Shown: one piece after another, positions 49,632 to 59,101 of the stretch
How the letters are laid out: every line of letters begins with the position of its first letter
How positions within the stretch are numbered: position 1 is the first letter of the stretch
Assembly (NCBI GenBank): GCA_012838795.1
Contig: DUOO01000010.1
Span: 26,411-90,410, forward strand
Direction: 5' to 3'
Origin: Clostridiaceae bacterium
GTDB lineage: Bacteria; Bacillota; Clostridia; Saccharofermentanales; DTU023
DNA: 64,000 nt
Position numbers and translations under genes: made by a program
The notes under the pieces: model-generated
Told to the model about the DNA's origin: nothing
Database searches by the model: none
The model's input: the letters and a program-made list of their open reading frames with translations, nothing else

Positions 49632-50258
49632 ATGACAGATTGGCTTATGCAAAATGGAACGAGGCTTTTAGAGAAAATTTTTGAACATGTCTATATGTTT
49701 GCAATTGCTTTAATTGTCGGAATATTAATAGCTGTGCCTCTGGGAATCTTTATATCCAGGTATAGAAAAACTTCTCAGGCGATTATTTCTGTGACTTCAG
49801 TATTGCAAACATTTCCATCGTTGGCAGTACTGGCTATTATGGTACCTATATTAGGTATCGGAAAAATACCGGCCATTGTGGCACTTTCTTTATATTCGTT
49901 ATTACCCATATTAAGAAACACCTATTTGGGTATCGTGAATATGAGTCCAGGAATAGTGGATGTAGCAAAAGGCCAGGGCCTGTCTTCAGCTCAGGTTTTA
50001 AGAGGAGTAATTTTACCTTTGGCTGCTCCTGTAATTATGTCGGGAATCAGAGTTTCAGGTGTATACTTGATTGCTTGGACAACACTCGCAGCGTATATCG
50101 GAGCCGGTGGTTTGGGAGACTTTATATATACCGGATTACAAAATTATGATATCAACTATATTCTGGGAGGGACGATTCCCGTTTCTCTGATGGCGATCCT
50201 CTTTGATTTGCTTTTTGGGAAAATAGAGAAGAAGGTTACACCGAAAACCCACAGGTAG
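49632..50258 (+). CDS. opuCB: Osmoprotectant ABC transporter permease
   Basis: BPD-type permease of 208 aa. The ATG lies 1 nt after the opuCA stop. Confidence 0.8.
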   Translation: MTDWLMQNGTRLLEKIFEHVYMFAIALIVGILIAVPLGIFISRYRKTSQAIISVTSVLQTFPSLAVLAIMVPILGIGKIPAIVALSLYSLLPILRNTYLGIVNMSPGIVDVAKGQGLSSAQVLRGVILPLAAPVIMSGIRVSGVYLIAWTTLAAYIGAGGLGDFIYTGLQNYDINYILGGTIPVSLMAILFDLLFGKIEKKVTPKTHR

Positions 50259-50278
50259 TGTTTGAGGAAAGGGAAAAT

Positions 50279-51286
50279 ATGAAGAAGAACAAAAAAAAGC
50301 TGATATATATGGTTTTGATCTTCTGTTTAAATATTATTTTACTAACTTCCTGCTCATGTGCTTTTCCCGGTTTAGGAGGCTCTGCTCAGGATAATGATAT
50401 TGTAATAGCGGGTGGAAATACGACAGAAAGACAAATTGTATCAGAAATTGTTAAGCAAATGATTCAGCATTATTTACCGGAATCTAAGGTTCATATAATC
50501 AATAATCTGGGCTCAACTCCTATTATTTATAATTCTCTGATAAATGGTGATACTAATGTTGCCGGAGTGATGTATACAGGCACCTCTTTGACAGGAGAAT
50601 TGGGAATGGATCCTCTGGGATCGGCAGAGGAGACAATGGAAGCAGTAGTCAAAGGTTACTATGAGCGTTTTGATATAGTTTGGTTTCCATCTTACGGTTT
50701 TGAAAATACATATTCCTTTATGCTTACTAAAGAAACCAAAGAAAAATATAATTTGAATAATACGAGTGATTTAGAACAATACGCAGATGTTTTGCGCGTT
50801 GGTGTTGATTCGGCTTGGCTTGATCGTCCGGGAAAAGACGGTTATCAAGGATTTTTGGATGTATATGGATTTGGTTTTGACAATCTTTTTTCTATGGACA
50901 TCGGTTTAGTTTATGAAGCAATTGCATCGGATCGTCTCGATATTGCCCTAGGCTACTCGACGGATGGCAGAATAAGCTCATATGATTTGGTTATGTTGGA
51001 AGATGACAGAGACTTATTTCCGCCTTATGAAACAAGTCCGGTAGTCACGATGGATTTATTAAAACAAAAACCGGAACTGGAATGGATTCTGTTAAAGCTG
51101 CAAGGACAAATTTCGTTAGAGACAATGCAGGACTTGAATAATGCGGCTGATGAATTAAAAACGGAACCCTATAAAGTTGCGAAGAATTTTTTGGCAGAAA
51201 ATAATTTTTTTGAAGAAGTGGCTCGCAGTTCTTTAAAAGAGATACCGCTTTACAAGGATTTTGATTTAGATTTTGAACAAGATTAA
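50279..51286 (+). CDS. opuCC: Osmoprotectant ABC transporter substrate-binding lipoprotein
   Basis: Lipobox LLTSC. OpuAC-type binding fold motifs (GYSTDGRI, LEDD...FPPY). Confidence 0.8.
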   Translation: MKKNKKKLIYMVLIFCLNIILLTSCSCAFPGLGGSAQDNDIVIAGGNTTERQIVSEIVKQMIQHYLPESKVHIINNLGSTPIIYNSLINGDTNVAGVMYTGTSLTGELGMDPLGSAEETMEAVVKGYYERFDIVWFPSYGFENTYSFMLTKETKEKYNLNNTSDLEQYADVLRVGVDSAWLDRPGKDGYQGFLDVYGFGFDNLFSMDIGLVYEAIASDRLDIALGYSTDGRISSYDLVMLEDDRDLFPPYETSPVVTMDLLKQKPELEWILLKLQGQISLETMQDLNNAADELKTEPYKVAKNFLAENNFFEEVARSSLKEIPLYKDFDLDFEQD

Positions 51287-51307
51287 AAGTGCAGTGGAGA
51301 AAGAGAA

Positions 51308-51958
51308 ATGACAGTTTTATTTCAATATTTTTCTGAAAATTGGCGATATATTCTTATACAGAGTCGAACTCATTTTCTAATTTCATTATATGGTGTCTTG
51401 TTAGCTTGTTTAGTTGCGATACCGTTAGGAATTCTGTTAGCTTATAAAAAGAAAAGTAATTCTTTATCAATGATGATCGCCAATATCTTACAAACTATTC
51501 CGTCGATTGCAATGTTGTCAGTATTGATGATTTTTTTCGGATTAGGCAGCAATACGGTTATAATTGCGAATTTTCTTTATTCCTTATTACCGATACTGAA
51601 AAATACATATGCAGGTATAACGAATGTCGACCCGAAATTGCTGGATGTTGCAGAAGGCTTGGGAATGACCAGGATTCAAAGACTATTTAAAGTGGTTCTT
51701 CCTTTAAGCATTTCGATAATCATAGGAGGAATTAAAAATGCCATAGTTGTTGCGGTAGGTATTACAACTGTCGGTACTTTTGTCGGATCCGGCGGCCTCG
51801 GTGATATCATTACGCGAGGAATCAATATGGTAGATGCAGGTGAAGTAGTATGGGCAGGAGCAATTGGAGCAGCCTTTATGGCAGTTTTGCTGGATATATT
51901 ATTGGGATTTGTTGAGAAGAAACTTACGCCGAAACAGAAGAGAGTATCATCTTTTTAA
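51308..51958 (+). CDS. opuCD: Osmoprotectant ABC transporter permease
   Basis: Second BPD-type permease, a paralogue of 49632-50258. Confidence 0.8.
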   Translation: MTVLFQYFSENWRYILIQSRTHFLISLYGVLLACLVAIPLGILLAYKKKSNSLSMMIANILQTIPSIAMLSVLMIFFGLGSNTVIIANFLYSLLPILKNTYAGITNVDPKLLDVAEGLGMTRIQRLFKVVLPLSISIIIGGIKNAIVVAVGITTVGTFVGSGGLGDIITRGINMVDAGEVVWAGAIGAAFMAVLLDILLGFVEKKLTPKQKRVSSF

Positions 51959-52140
51959 TGTATAAACAGATTTTTGATTATCGAATATTTAATTAATGCT
52001 TATGTGTTATAAAAAATCAAAACATTCTATACTATGATCAGCAGAAGGAAAATTTCGGAAGCAGATTTACGTTCTCCGGTCAATAGAAAGATGTTTTCTG
52101 ATTAAATATTATAATTCTTAAGAAAGTGAGGAGTTCCAGA

Positions 52141-53304
52141 ATGAAATATAATTTTGAAGAACGAAGATCAAGGGCAAATGTGGGTTCTTATAAATGGAAT
52201 GCCATGGGTGATCAGCCGGAGGATGTTATTCCTTTATCGACAGCCGATATGGAATTACTTTCCCCACCTGAAATAATAGAAGCTTTGAAAAAAGTGGCTG
52301 AATTCGGGATGTGGGGCTATACATGGTGGGATGAAAAATACTCCGATGCCATGCGTCATTGGATGCAAACCAGACACGGTTGGGAGATAGATCCGTCTTG
52401 GATTGTTCAGTTAAATGGCGTAGTCCAAGGTTTATATGCAGGAGTACGCGCTTTTACAGAGCCGGGAGATAAAGTATTAATAACCACGCCGGTTTATGGT
52501 CCTTTCTATAGAGCAATAAACTTGAATAATCGAGTAGTAGTAGAAAATGAGTTGGTGTTAAAAGACGGACGTTACGAAATTGACTTTGAAGATTTTGAAG
52601 AAAAAGCGAAGACAGCAAAAATATTTTTCCTGTGCAGCCCTCACAATCCGGTCGGACGTGTTTGGACGGCGGAAGAATTAAAAAGAATGGGAGATATTTG
52701 CAATAAATATAATGTATTGGTCTTTGCCGATGAGATTCATTTTGATTTTATTATGCCGGGTCATAAACATATTTGCTATGCGAATTTAGGAAAAGAATAT
52801 GCCGATAATTCGATTACACTCAATGCTGCAAGTAAAACTTTTTCATTGGCCGGACTTTGCGTAGGTAATGCCATTATTTCCAATGCCGAGCTCAGAGAAC
52901 GTTTTGATTTGGAAGTAAATGTTTCAGGATGTTATACCTACAGCATTTTCGGCAATCAAGCTTTAGTTACCGCATATACAGAGTGCAGCCAATGGTTGGA
53001 TGAATTAATCCGGCATATATATGGCAATTACATATATTTCAAAGAATATATGGGCAAAAACCATCCTGAAATATGGGTAGCAGACCTGGAAGGAACATAC
53101 TTAGCTTGGTTTGATTGTCGCTGTTTCGGAATGGAAAGCAAAGAGCTGGGCGAGTTTTTAGAGAAAGAGGCACAGCTGTTTTTTGACCATGGATATATCT
53201 TTGGTAGCGGTGGTGACGGATTTGAAAGAATAAATCTTGCATGTCCGAGAAAAGATTTAGAGAATGCACTTCGACGGTTTACCAACGCAGTTTCAAAGCT
53301 GTAA
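52141..53304 (+). CDS. patB: PatB/MalY-family PLP-dependent C-S lyase (cystathionine beta-lyase-like)
   Basis: N-terminus R..SYKW and PLP lysine region SASKTFSLAGL. Class I/II aminotransferase fold length. Confidence 0.8.
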   Translation: MKYNFEERRSRANVGSYKWNAMGDQPEDVIPLSTADMELLSPPEIIEALKKVAEFGMWGYTWWDEKYSDAMRHWMQTRHGWEIDPSWIVQLNGVVQGLYAGVRAFTEPGDKVLITTPVYGPFYRAINLNNRVVVENELVLKDGRYEIDFEDFEEKAKTAKIFFLCSPHNPVGRVWTAEELKRMGDICNKYNVLVFADEIHFDFIMPGHKHICYANLGKEYADNSITLNAASKTFSLAGLCVGNAIISNAELRERFDLEVNVSGCYTYSIFGNQALVTAYTECSQWLDELIRHIYGNYIYFKEYMGKNHPEIWVADLEGTYLAWFDCRCFGMESKELGEFLEKEAQLFFDHGYIFGSGGDGFERINLACPRKDLENALRRFTNAVSKL

Positions 53305-53517
53305 ATCTTTATTTCATAATTTGCTGAATCATCACAGGATGAGGTTCGGAGTAAATATCTGTATTTATTTTGATGTTCAGCAACTAAAGCGAAATTCGTT
53401 AAGATTGTTTTGCGTAACTTGATTAACTTTTTAGTAAAAATAAACTATAATATTATAGATTATAGTTAAAAAGACAGAAAAACATTTTAACAAATATAGA
53501 AAAAGAGAGGAATGTTT

Positions 53518-54660
53518 ATGGATTTCAAATTTACGGATGAAACACAATTATTGCAGGAGATGGTTAGTGAGTTCACGGAAAAAGAAATTGCACCGATTGC
53601 GGCGGAAATTGATGAAGAAGAAAGATTTCCGGAGGAAGTAGTAGCTAAAATGGCTGAATTAGGCTTTTTAGGTATTCCATTCCCGGAAGAGTACGGTGGT
53701 GCCGGAATGACAAATTTAGACTATGTTGTTGCGGTAGAAGAAATTTCTAAAGCATGTGCAAGTACAGGTGTTATTGTGTCAGCACATACATCTCTGGCAG
53801 CTTGGCCAATTTATCATTTTGGGACAGAAGAACAAAAACAAAAATATTTGGTCCCGTTAGCAAGTGGAGAAAAATTAGGAGCGTTCGGTTTGACAGAACC
53901 CGGAGCAGGTAGTGATGCTGCCGGACAAGAGACGAAAGCTGAAGATAAAGGTGATCATTATTTATTAAACGGAAATAAGATTTTTATAACGAACGGTTCT
54001 TATGCTGATATTTATGTTGTCTTTGCAATGACTGACAAAGAACAGGGAAACAGAGGTATCAGTGCGTTTATTCTGGAAAAAGGTATGCCGGGATTTAGCT
54101 TCGGTACAAAAGAGAAAAAAATGGGAATTCGTGCTTCTGCAACTTATGAATTGGTTTTTGATGATGTAAAAGTGCCGAAAGAAAATCTGTTAGGTGAACT
54201 GAATAAAGGTTTCGGTGTTGCAATGGCAACATTAGATGGCGGACGTTTAGGTATCGGAGCTCAGGCTTTAGGTATTGCTGAGGGAGCATTTAATGAGGCT
54301 CTTGCCTATGTTAAAGAACGCGAACAATTTGGCAGACCGCTTTCCAAATTCCAATATACTCAATTTAGATTAGCTGATATGTACTCACGTATAGAAGGTG
54401 CTAAATTATTGTTATACAGAGCGGCTTGCATGAAAGATGAAGGAGTTCCTTATTCAGCAGAAGCTGCCATGGCGAAGCTCGTGTGCTCAGAAACTGCCCG
54501 TGAGATTACATGGCAAGCAGTGCAGCTGTTCGGAGGATATGGCTACACAAGAGAATATCCGGTAGAACGTATGATGAGAGATGCAAAAATAACCGAAATT
54601 TATGAAGGAACTTCCGAAGTCATGAAGATGGTTATTTGGGGCAAATTGAACAGAATGTAA
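53518..54660 (+). CDS. Butyryl-CoA dehydrogenase-like acyl-CoA dehydrogenase (canonical catalytic Glu)
   Basis: Very Bcd-like throughout (FGLTEPGAGSD, LDGGRLGIGAQALG). The C-terminal ITEIYEGTSEV carries the MCAD/Bcd-type catalytic Glu. Confidence 0.9.
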   Translation: MDFKFTDETQLLQEMVSEFTEKEIAPIAAEIDEEERFPEEVVAKMAELGFLGIPFPEEYGGAGMTNLDYVVAVEEISKACASTGVIVSAHTSLAAWPIYHFGTEEQKQKYLVPLASGEKLGAFGLTEPGAGSDAAGQETKAEDKGDHYLLNGNKIFITNGSYADIYVVFAMTDKEQGNRGISAFILEKGMPGFSFGTKEKKMGIRASATYELVFDDVKVPKENLLGELNKGFGVAMATLDGGRLGIGAQALGIAEGAFNEALAYVKEREQFGRPLSKFQYTQFRLADMYSRIEGAKLLLYRAACMKDEGVPYSAEAAMAKLVCSETAREITWQAVQLFGGYGYTREYPVERMMRDAKITEIYEGTSEVMKMVIWGKLNRM

Positions 54661-54711
54661 TAATTCGGTTCTTTTAAGGACTGCTGAGCCGGTTACAGGT
54701 ACAATGAAGAA

Positions 54712-54739
54712 GGGTTTGCATGATTAGTTCAGCAAACCC
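54712..54739 (+). terminator. Hairpin between the Bcd-like gene and the first CoA-transferase (attenuator or weak terminator)
   Basis: 8-bp stem gggtttgc / gcaaaccc with a 12-nt loop, followed by tgattatt. Confidence 0.4.
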
Positions 54740-54804
54740 TGATTATTAATTATACTAAAGTTCGAAAAACATATTTTAATTTAGAAAAGATAAGGAGTGT
54801 AATT

Positions 54805-55986
54805 TTGCAACCATTAAAATCTTTGACAGTCATAGATCTGACAGAAGGCAATTATTTTGCCGGTAGTATGTTTGCCGATTATGGAGCAACGGTTATAAAA
54901 ATAGAAAAACCTGATCTGGGAGATAAATTGCGTCAGCGTGGCCGACCAGGCGAAGAAGGCAGATACCATAGCTACTATGATCGGGCAAAGAAAAGCATAA
55001 CTCTTGATATAAGCACTTCGGAAGGTCAGGAAATATTAAAAAAATTAGTACAAAACGCAGATATGTTTTTGACCAATATATCTTTGGAAAAAATTAGTGA
55101 ATATGATATTTCTTATGAGACATTGAAAGCTTTAAAACCGGATTTAGTGTACGGTTTATTAACACCTTTCGGAGAGGAGGGTCCGTGGAAGGACTATCCT
55201 GATTATAATCTGCTGGTGATGAGCCGCAGCGGTTTGCAGGAGAATACCGGTTTCCCGGAAGAACCGACAAGACTGGGTTTCCCATTATCATACATGTATA
55301 GCGGCTGGCTTTTAAGTGCAGGAATGTTGGCAGCTTATATACGTGCCAAAAAGACCGGAGAAGGTGCAAAAGTATCGAACAGTTCCTGGCATATGATGAT
55401 GTCGGTTGACGATACTTATGTCGAAAATCTTCTCGGGTTAAACGTGTTGCCTAAACGAATCGGCAACGGCTTTCCGACAACTAATCCGACAGATACATTT
55501 CGTTGTAAGAATGGCTGGTTTTCATTAAGTATCGGTACTGATAAACAGTGGATTTCGTTTGCACGGGAATGTGGTCGTGATGATTGGGCCGAGGATCCTA
55601 AATATGCACATGATCCCGCCAGATCTATGGAGAATTATTTCGGTGATCTGGATCAACAATTAAATGATTTCTTTAAGACGATTACGGTACAGGAAGCGGA
55701 TGAGATTTGCAGAAGAGCGATGGTACCCGGTGGTCCATGTAATACTATTGCCGAGCTTATCGAAGATGAGCAAGTTGCCAGCAGAGAAATGATTTTGGAA
55801 ATGGAAGATTCCAATGGCCAAAAGAGTCTGCAGATCGGTAAAGCTGCTAAATTTTCAAAAGAAAATGAAATGGATAACAACTTAGCTCCTGCGCCTGAAT
55901 TAGGAGAGCATACGGAAGAAATACTCAATCAACTTGGAATCAACCAAGAAGAAAGAGTGTTATTGAAAAAACAAGGAATTATTTAA
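54805..55986 (+). CDS. Family III CoA-transferase (CaiB/BaiF family), paralogue 1
   Basis: N-terminal L..L.V.DL.. glycine-rich fold and overall CaiB/BaiF-like architecture. TTG start 7 nt after AAGGAG. Confidence 0.85.
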   Translation: MQPLKSLTVIDLTEGNYFAGSMFADYGATVIKIEKPDLGDKLRQRGRPGEEGRYHSYYDRAKKSITLDISTSEGQEILKKLVQNADMFLTNISLEKISEYDISYETLKALKPDLVYGLLTPFGEEGPWKDYPDYNLLVMSRSGLQENTGFPEEPTRLGFPLSYMYSGWLLSAGMLAAYIRAKKTGEGAKVSNSSWHMMMSVDDTYVENLLGLNVLPKRIGNGFPTTNPTDTFRCKNGWFSLSIGTDKQWISFARECGRDDWAEDPKYAHDPARSMENYFGDLDQQLNDFFKTITVQEADEICRRAMVPGGPCNTIAELIEDEQVASREMILEMEDSNGQKSLQIGKAAKFSKENEMDNNLAPAPELGEHTEEILNQLGINQEERVLLKKQGII

Positions 55987-56026
55987 TAGGAGCTTGTCCA
56001 TAAAACCATAAAAGAAAGGGGAAATC

Positions 56027-57238
56027 ATGCCTGAAGAAAACAAAGGAATGTTATGCGGAGTAAAAGTACTTGATTTCACTTTAGCTTTATCAGGTCCTTT
56101 TGTAGCTTGGAACCTTGCAGATTGGGGGGCGGATGTTTATAAAGTGGAACGTTTATATTACGGAGACCAGGCTCGTCATTGGGATCCTATTGTGAACGGG
56201 TTGAGTACACTTTTTGTGGCATATAATAAAAATAAGAAAAGCATAGAAATAGATTTGTCGAAAGATGAAGGCAAACAAATAATTTATGATCTGGCTAAGG
56301 AATGCGATATTGTATTAGAAAACTTCAAGAGCGGTTCAATAGATCGCTTAGGTTTAGGCTATGAAAAATTAAAAGAAATCAATCCTAAATTAGTGTTCTT
56401 GTCACTGAGCGGTTTTGGTGCAACAGGACCTTTAAAACCTTATCCGTGTTACGATGCTATTGCTGCAGCCAGAAGCGGTTTTGCCAGCAGCAGCGGCAAA
56501 CCGGACGGAGCTCCTGTGAAGGCCGGTAATGCTATTTGCGATACTTTAGCAGGTACCTATGCACTTAACGCTGTATTAATGGCATATATCGATGCTCAAA
56601 TAACGGGAGAAGGAACACATATCGATTTAAGTATGACGGACGTCGCAATGGAAACGGTAGCAGAAAGCTTGATCGATTATTCTTATGATCAAGATTTTCA
56701 AATGCGAACAGGAAATCATGATCGATATTTTGCTCCTTATGGAATTTTTAAAGCTGCGGACGGCTGGGTTTCGATTATTGTTGATTCAGAGGAACGTTGG
56801 GCGGTATTTTGCAAGGAGTTAGAGCTCGCTTCAATTATGGATGATGATCGATTTGTTAATAATGCGAAAAGACTTGAGAATAAAGAAGAGTTAATTGAAA
56901 TTATTGAAAATAAAACAGAGAGATTATCTCGATTTTCAATAGAAAAGAAATTACTGGAAGCAGGAGTTCCGGCTTCCGCTATGCTGACTTTTATTGAAGC
57001 ATACACATCAGATCATACAAATTCAACCGATGTGCTGCAAATGGTCAATCAAAATAATATCGGTATGATGCGTTTCTATACGAATCCTTTGCGATTTAAT
57101 GATGAAGTATGTTCAATTCGTTCCGGAACTCCGTTGCTCGGAGAACATACGGTCGAAATCTTAGAAGATATAGGATACTCTGAAGAGAACATACAGGAAT
57201 TGTTAAAAGAAGATGTAATTGGAGAAAGTTTAATATAA
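56027..57238 (+). CDS. Family III CoA-transferase (CaiB/BaiF family), paralogue 2
   Basis: GVKVLDFT..SGPF N-terminus. The C-terminal LGEHT.EILEDIGYSEENIQELL resembles the E. coli CaiB C-terminus (ILKNIGYSENDIQELV) as I recall it. Confidence 0.85.
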   Translation: MPEENKGMLCGVKVLDFTLALSGPFVAWNLADWGADVYKVERLYYGDQARHWDPIVNGLSTLFVAYNKNKKSIEIDLSKDEGKQIIYDLAKECDIVLENFKSGSIDRLGLGYEKLKEINPKLVFLSLSGFGATGPLKPYPCYDAIAAARSGFASSSGKPDGAPVKAGNAICDTLAGTYALNAVLMAYIDAQITGEGTHIDLSMTDVAMETVAESLIDYSYDQDFQMRTGNHDRYFAPYGIFKAADGWVSIIVDSEERWAVFCKELELASIMDDDRFVNNAKRLENKEELIEIIENKTERLSRFSIEKKLLEAGVPASAMLTFIEAYTSDHTNSTDVLQMVNQNNIGMMRFYTNPLRFNDEVCSIRSGTPLLGEHTVEILEDIGYSEENIQELLKEDVIGESLI

Positions 57239-57315
57239 GAGTTATATTTTGCCTTTTAATACAGTATTATTTTTCGTGTTAAATGTTATTTTTTAAAATA
57301 TATAAAGGAGAAAAA

Positions 57316-58089
57316 ATGAGCAAAGAAAAAGTTTTGACTTCATTGGAAGATGGAATTCTGTTAGTAACTTTAAATCGTGAAGAAAAGCGTAATGCCATAG
57401 ACCCGGATACGGCACAACAATTAGAAGCTATTTTCAATGATGCAGAGAAAAATGATGAAGTTAGAGTAATAGTGTTAACCGGAACGGGAAATCGCAGTTT
57501 CTGTGCAGGGGAAGACTTGTCTGTATTTAGTGACAGCGGCGAAAGTCAAACTACAGTAGAACATGGTTTTGCGGGAATTACCGAAAGATTTTCAAGCAAA
57601 CCGTATATTTGTGCAGTGAATGGAACGGCGGTAGCAGGGGGTCTGGAAATTGCACTGTCGTGTGACATCATTGTAGCTTCTGAAAATGCCAGGTTTGGCT
57701 TATCGGAAGTAAGAGTCGGTTTGTTGGCAACCAGTGGCGGTTTAGTCAGATTACCGAACCTTGTTCCTCCTAAGATTGCTGCTGAAATGGCTTTGACCGG
57801 ACAATTGATCAATGCGGAAAAGGCGGAAAAAATTGGTTTGGTAAATTATGTAGTAGCTGAAGACGCCGTGTTGGAAAAAGCGTTAGAGATTGCAAAAACA
57901 ATTAAGAAAAATGCTCCGATTTCATTACGCCTGACTAAAGAAATTCTCCGGCTTTCCGGCCAAGTTTCTTTTGAAGATGCCATGAAATACAGCTCGCTTT
58001 GCTGGGACTATATTGAAAAAACGGAAGATGCCCAAGAGGGGCCTAATGCATTCCTCGAAAAAAGAGAACCGCAATGGAAAAACAGATAG
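57316..58089 (+). CDS. Enoyl-CoA hydratase/crotonase, CaiD-like
   Basis: Crotonase fold (FCAGEDL, AVNG.A.GGG.E.AL.CD). GFAGITE, VRLPNLVPP and the C-terminal EDAQEGPNAFLEKREPQWKNR resemble E. coli CaiD ([37 protein letters not shown]) from memory. Confidence 0.85.
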   Translation: MSKEKVLTSLEDGILLVTLNREEKRNAIDPDTAQQLEAIFNDAEKNDEVRVIVLTGTGNRSFCAGEDLSVFSDSGESQTTVEHGFAGITERFSSKPYICAVNGTAVAGGLEIALSCDIIVASENARFGLSEVRVGLLATSGGLVRLPNLVPPKIAAEMALTGQLINAEKAEKIGLVNYVVAEDAVLEKALEIAKTIKKNAPISLRLTKEILRLSGQVSFEDAMKYSSLCWDYIEKTEDAQEGPNAFLEKREPQWKNR

Positions 58090-58192
58090 AATTTCATTGT
58101 GATTTGAAAGAACATAGTTCAAATTGGGTTTTCTCGTTAACTTGAACAAAGAATAATAACGAGAAACCGAATCAACATATAAGAACAAAATG

Positions 58193-58238
58193 ATCTATAT
58201 ATATGCTCGATTTTTCGAAGTCGAGCATATATATAGAT
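58193..58238. promoter_or_regulatory. 18-bp perfect inverted repeat (10-nt spacer) between the crotonase and etfB
   Basis: atctatatatatgctcga (58193-58210) and tcgagcatatatatagat (58221-58238) are perfect reverse complements. Confidence 0.8.
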
Positions 58239-58274
58239 AGCAGAAAAAATATGAATGAAAAATGGAGGACGTTA

Positions 58275-59084
58275 GTGAACATTTTAGTTTGTGTAAAACA
58301 AGTGCCGGATACTACGGAAATCAGAATTGATCCGGTTAAGAAAACTTTGATCAGGGATGGCGTTCCGAGCATCCTGAATACCTTTGATGCTTTTGCTTTG
58401 GAACAGGCATTGCAACTGAAGGATAAGAATCCCGCCAATGTTAAGATTGTTGTTGCGTCTATGGGACCTAAACAAGCGGAAACGATGTTGAGGGATTGTT
58501 TAGCAGTTGGAGCAAATTCGGCTTATTTGATTACGGATCGCAAATTTGGTGGATCCGATACCTATGCGACAAGCTATATTTTATCTAAAGCTATGAAAAA
58601 AATTGAAGAAGAGGAAGGCTCTTTCGATATGATTTTTTGCGGTAAACAAGCGATAGATGGAGATACCGCTCAGGTAGGACCTGAATTGGCAGAACATTTG
58701 GGTTTACATCAAATTACTTATGCTATTAATATCACATTAAATGAAGATAATACTACTGCTTTAATCACTCGTGAAGTTGATGAAGGAAAAATTGTTGTCG
58801 AAGCCCGGATTCCTGTGTTGGTTACTTTTACCAAAACGGATGATTTAAGATTTGCCTCTATTATGAATAAGATGAAATCTAAGAAAGCGGAAATCAAAGA
58901 AATCAACTACGAAGATTTAGAAGGCATTGACGATACGAAAATCGGCTTGAAAGGATCCCCGACCAGGGTTGTGAAGTCGTTTACGCCGGATGTCAAGACT
59001 GACGGTATCATAATTCGCGAAGATGATCCTAACGAGGCTTTTGAGAAATTTGCCGAAGAGCTTGAAAAAGCGAAATTGTATTGA
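58275..59084 (+). CDS. etfB: Electron transfer flavoprotein beta subunit
   Basis: (V)NILVCVKQVPDTTEIRIDP is a canonical clostridial EtfB N-terminus. GTG 58275 lies 5 nt after GGAGGA. The longer ORF-track start is unlikely. Confidence 0.9.
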   Translation: MNILVCVKQVPDTTEIRIDPVKKTLIRDGVPSILNTFDAFALEQALQLKDKNPANVKIVVASMGPKQAETMLRDCLAVGANSAYLITDRKFGGSDTYATSYILSKAMKKIEEEEGSFDMIFCGKQAIDGDTAQVGPELAEHLGLHQITYAINITLNEDNTTALITREVDEGKIVVEARIPVLVTFTKTDDLRFASIMNKMKSKKAEIKEINYEDLEGIDDTKIGLKGSPTRVVKSFTPDVKTDGIIIREDDPNEAFEKFAEELEKAKLY

Positions 59085-59101
59085 CAGTGAGAGGTAAAAC
59101 T

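Noticed and set aside
53445-53458. 14-bp perfect palindrome ctataatattatag upstream of the Bcd-like gene as promoter or operator
   Set aside because: It contains a TATAAT hexamer, but the only -35-like TTGATT (53419-53424) is 21 bp away. AT-rich palindromes of this size are common in this DNA. Noted but not annotated.
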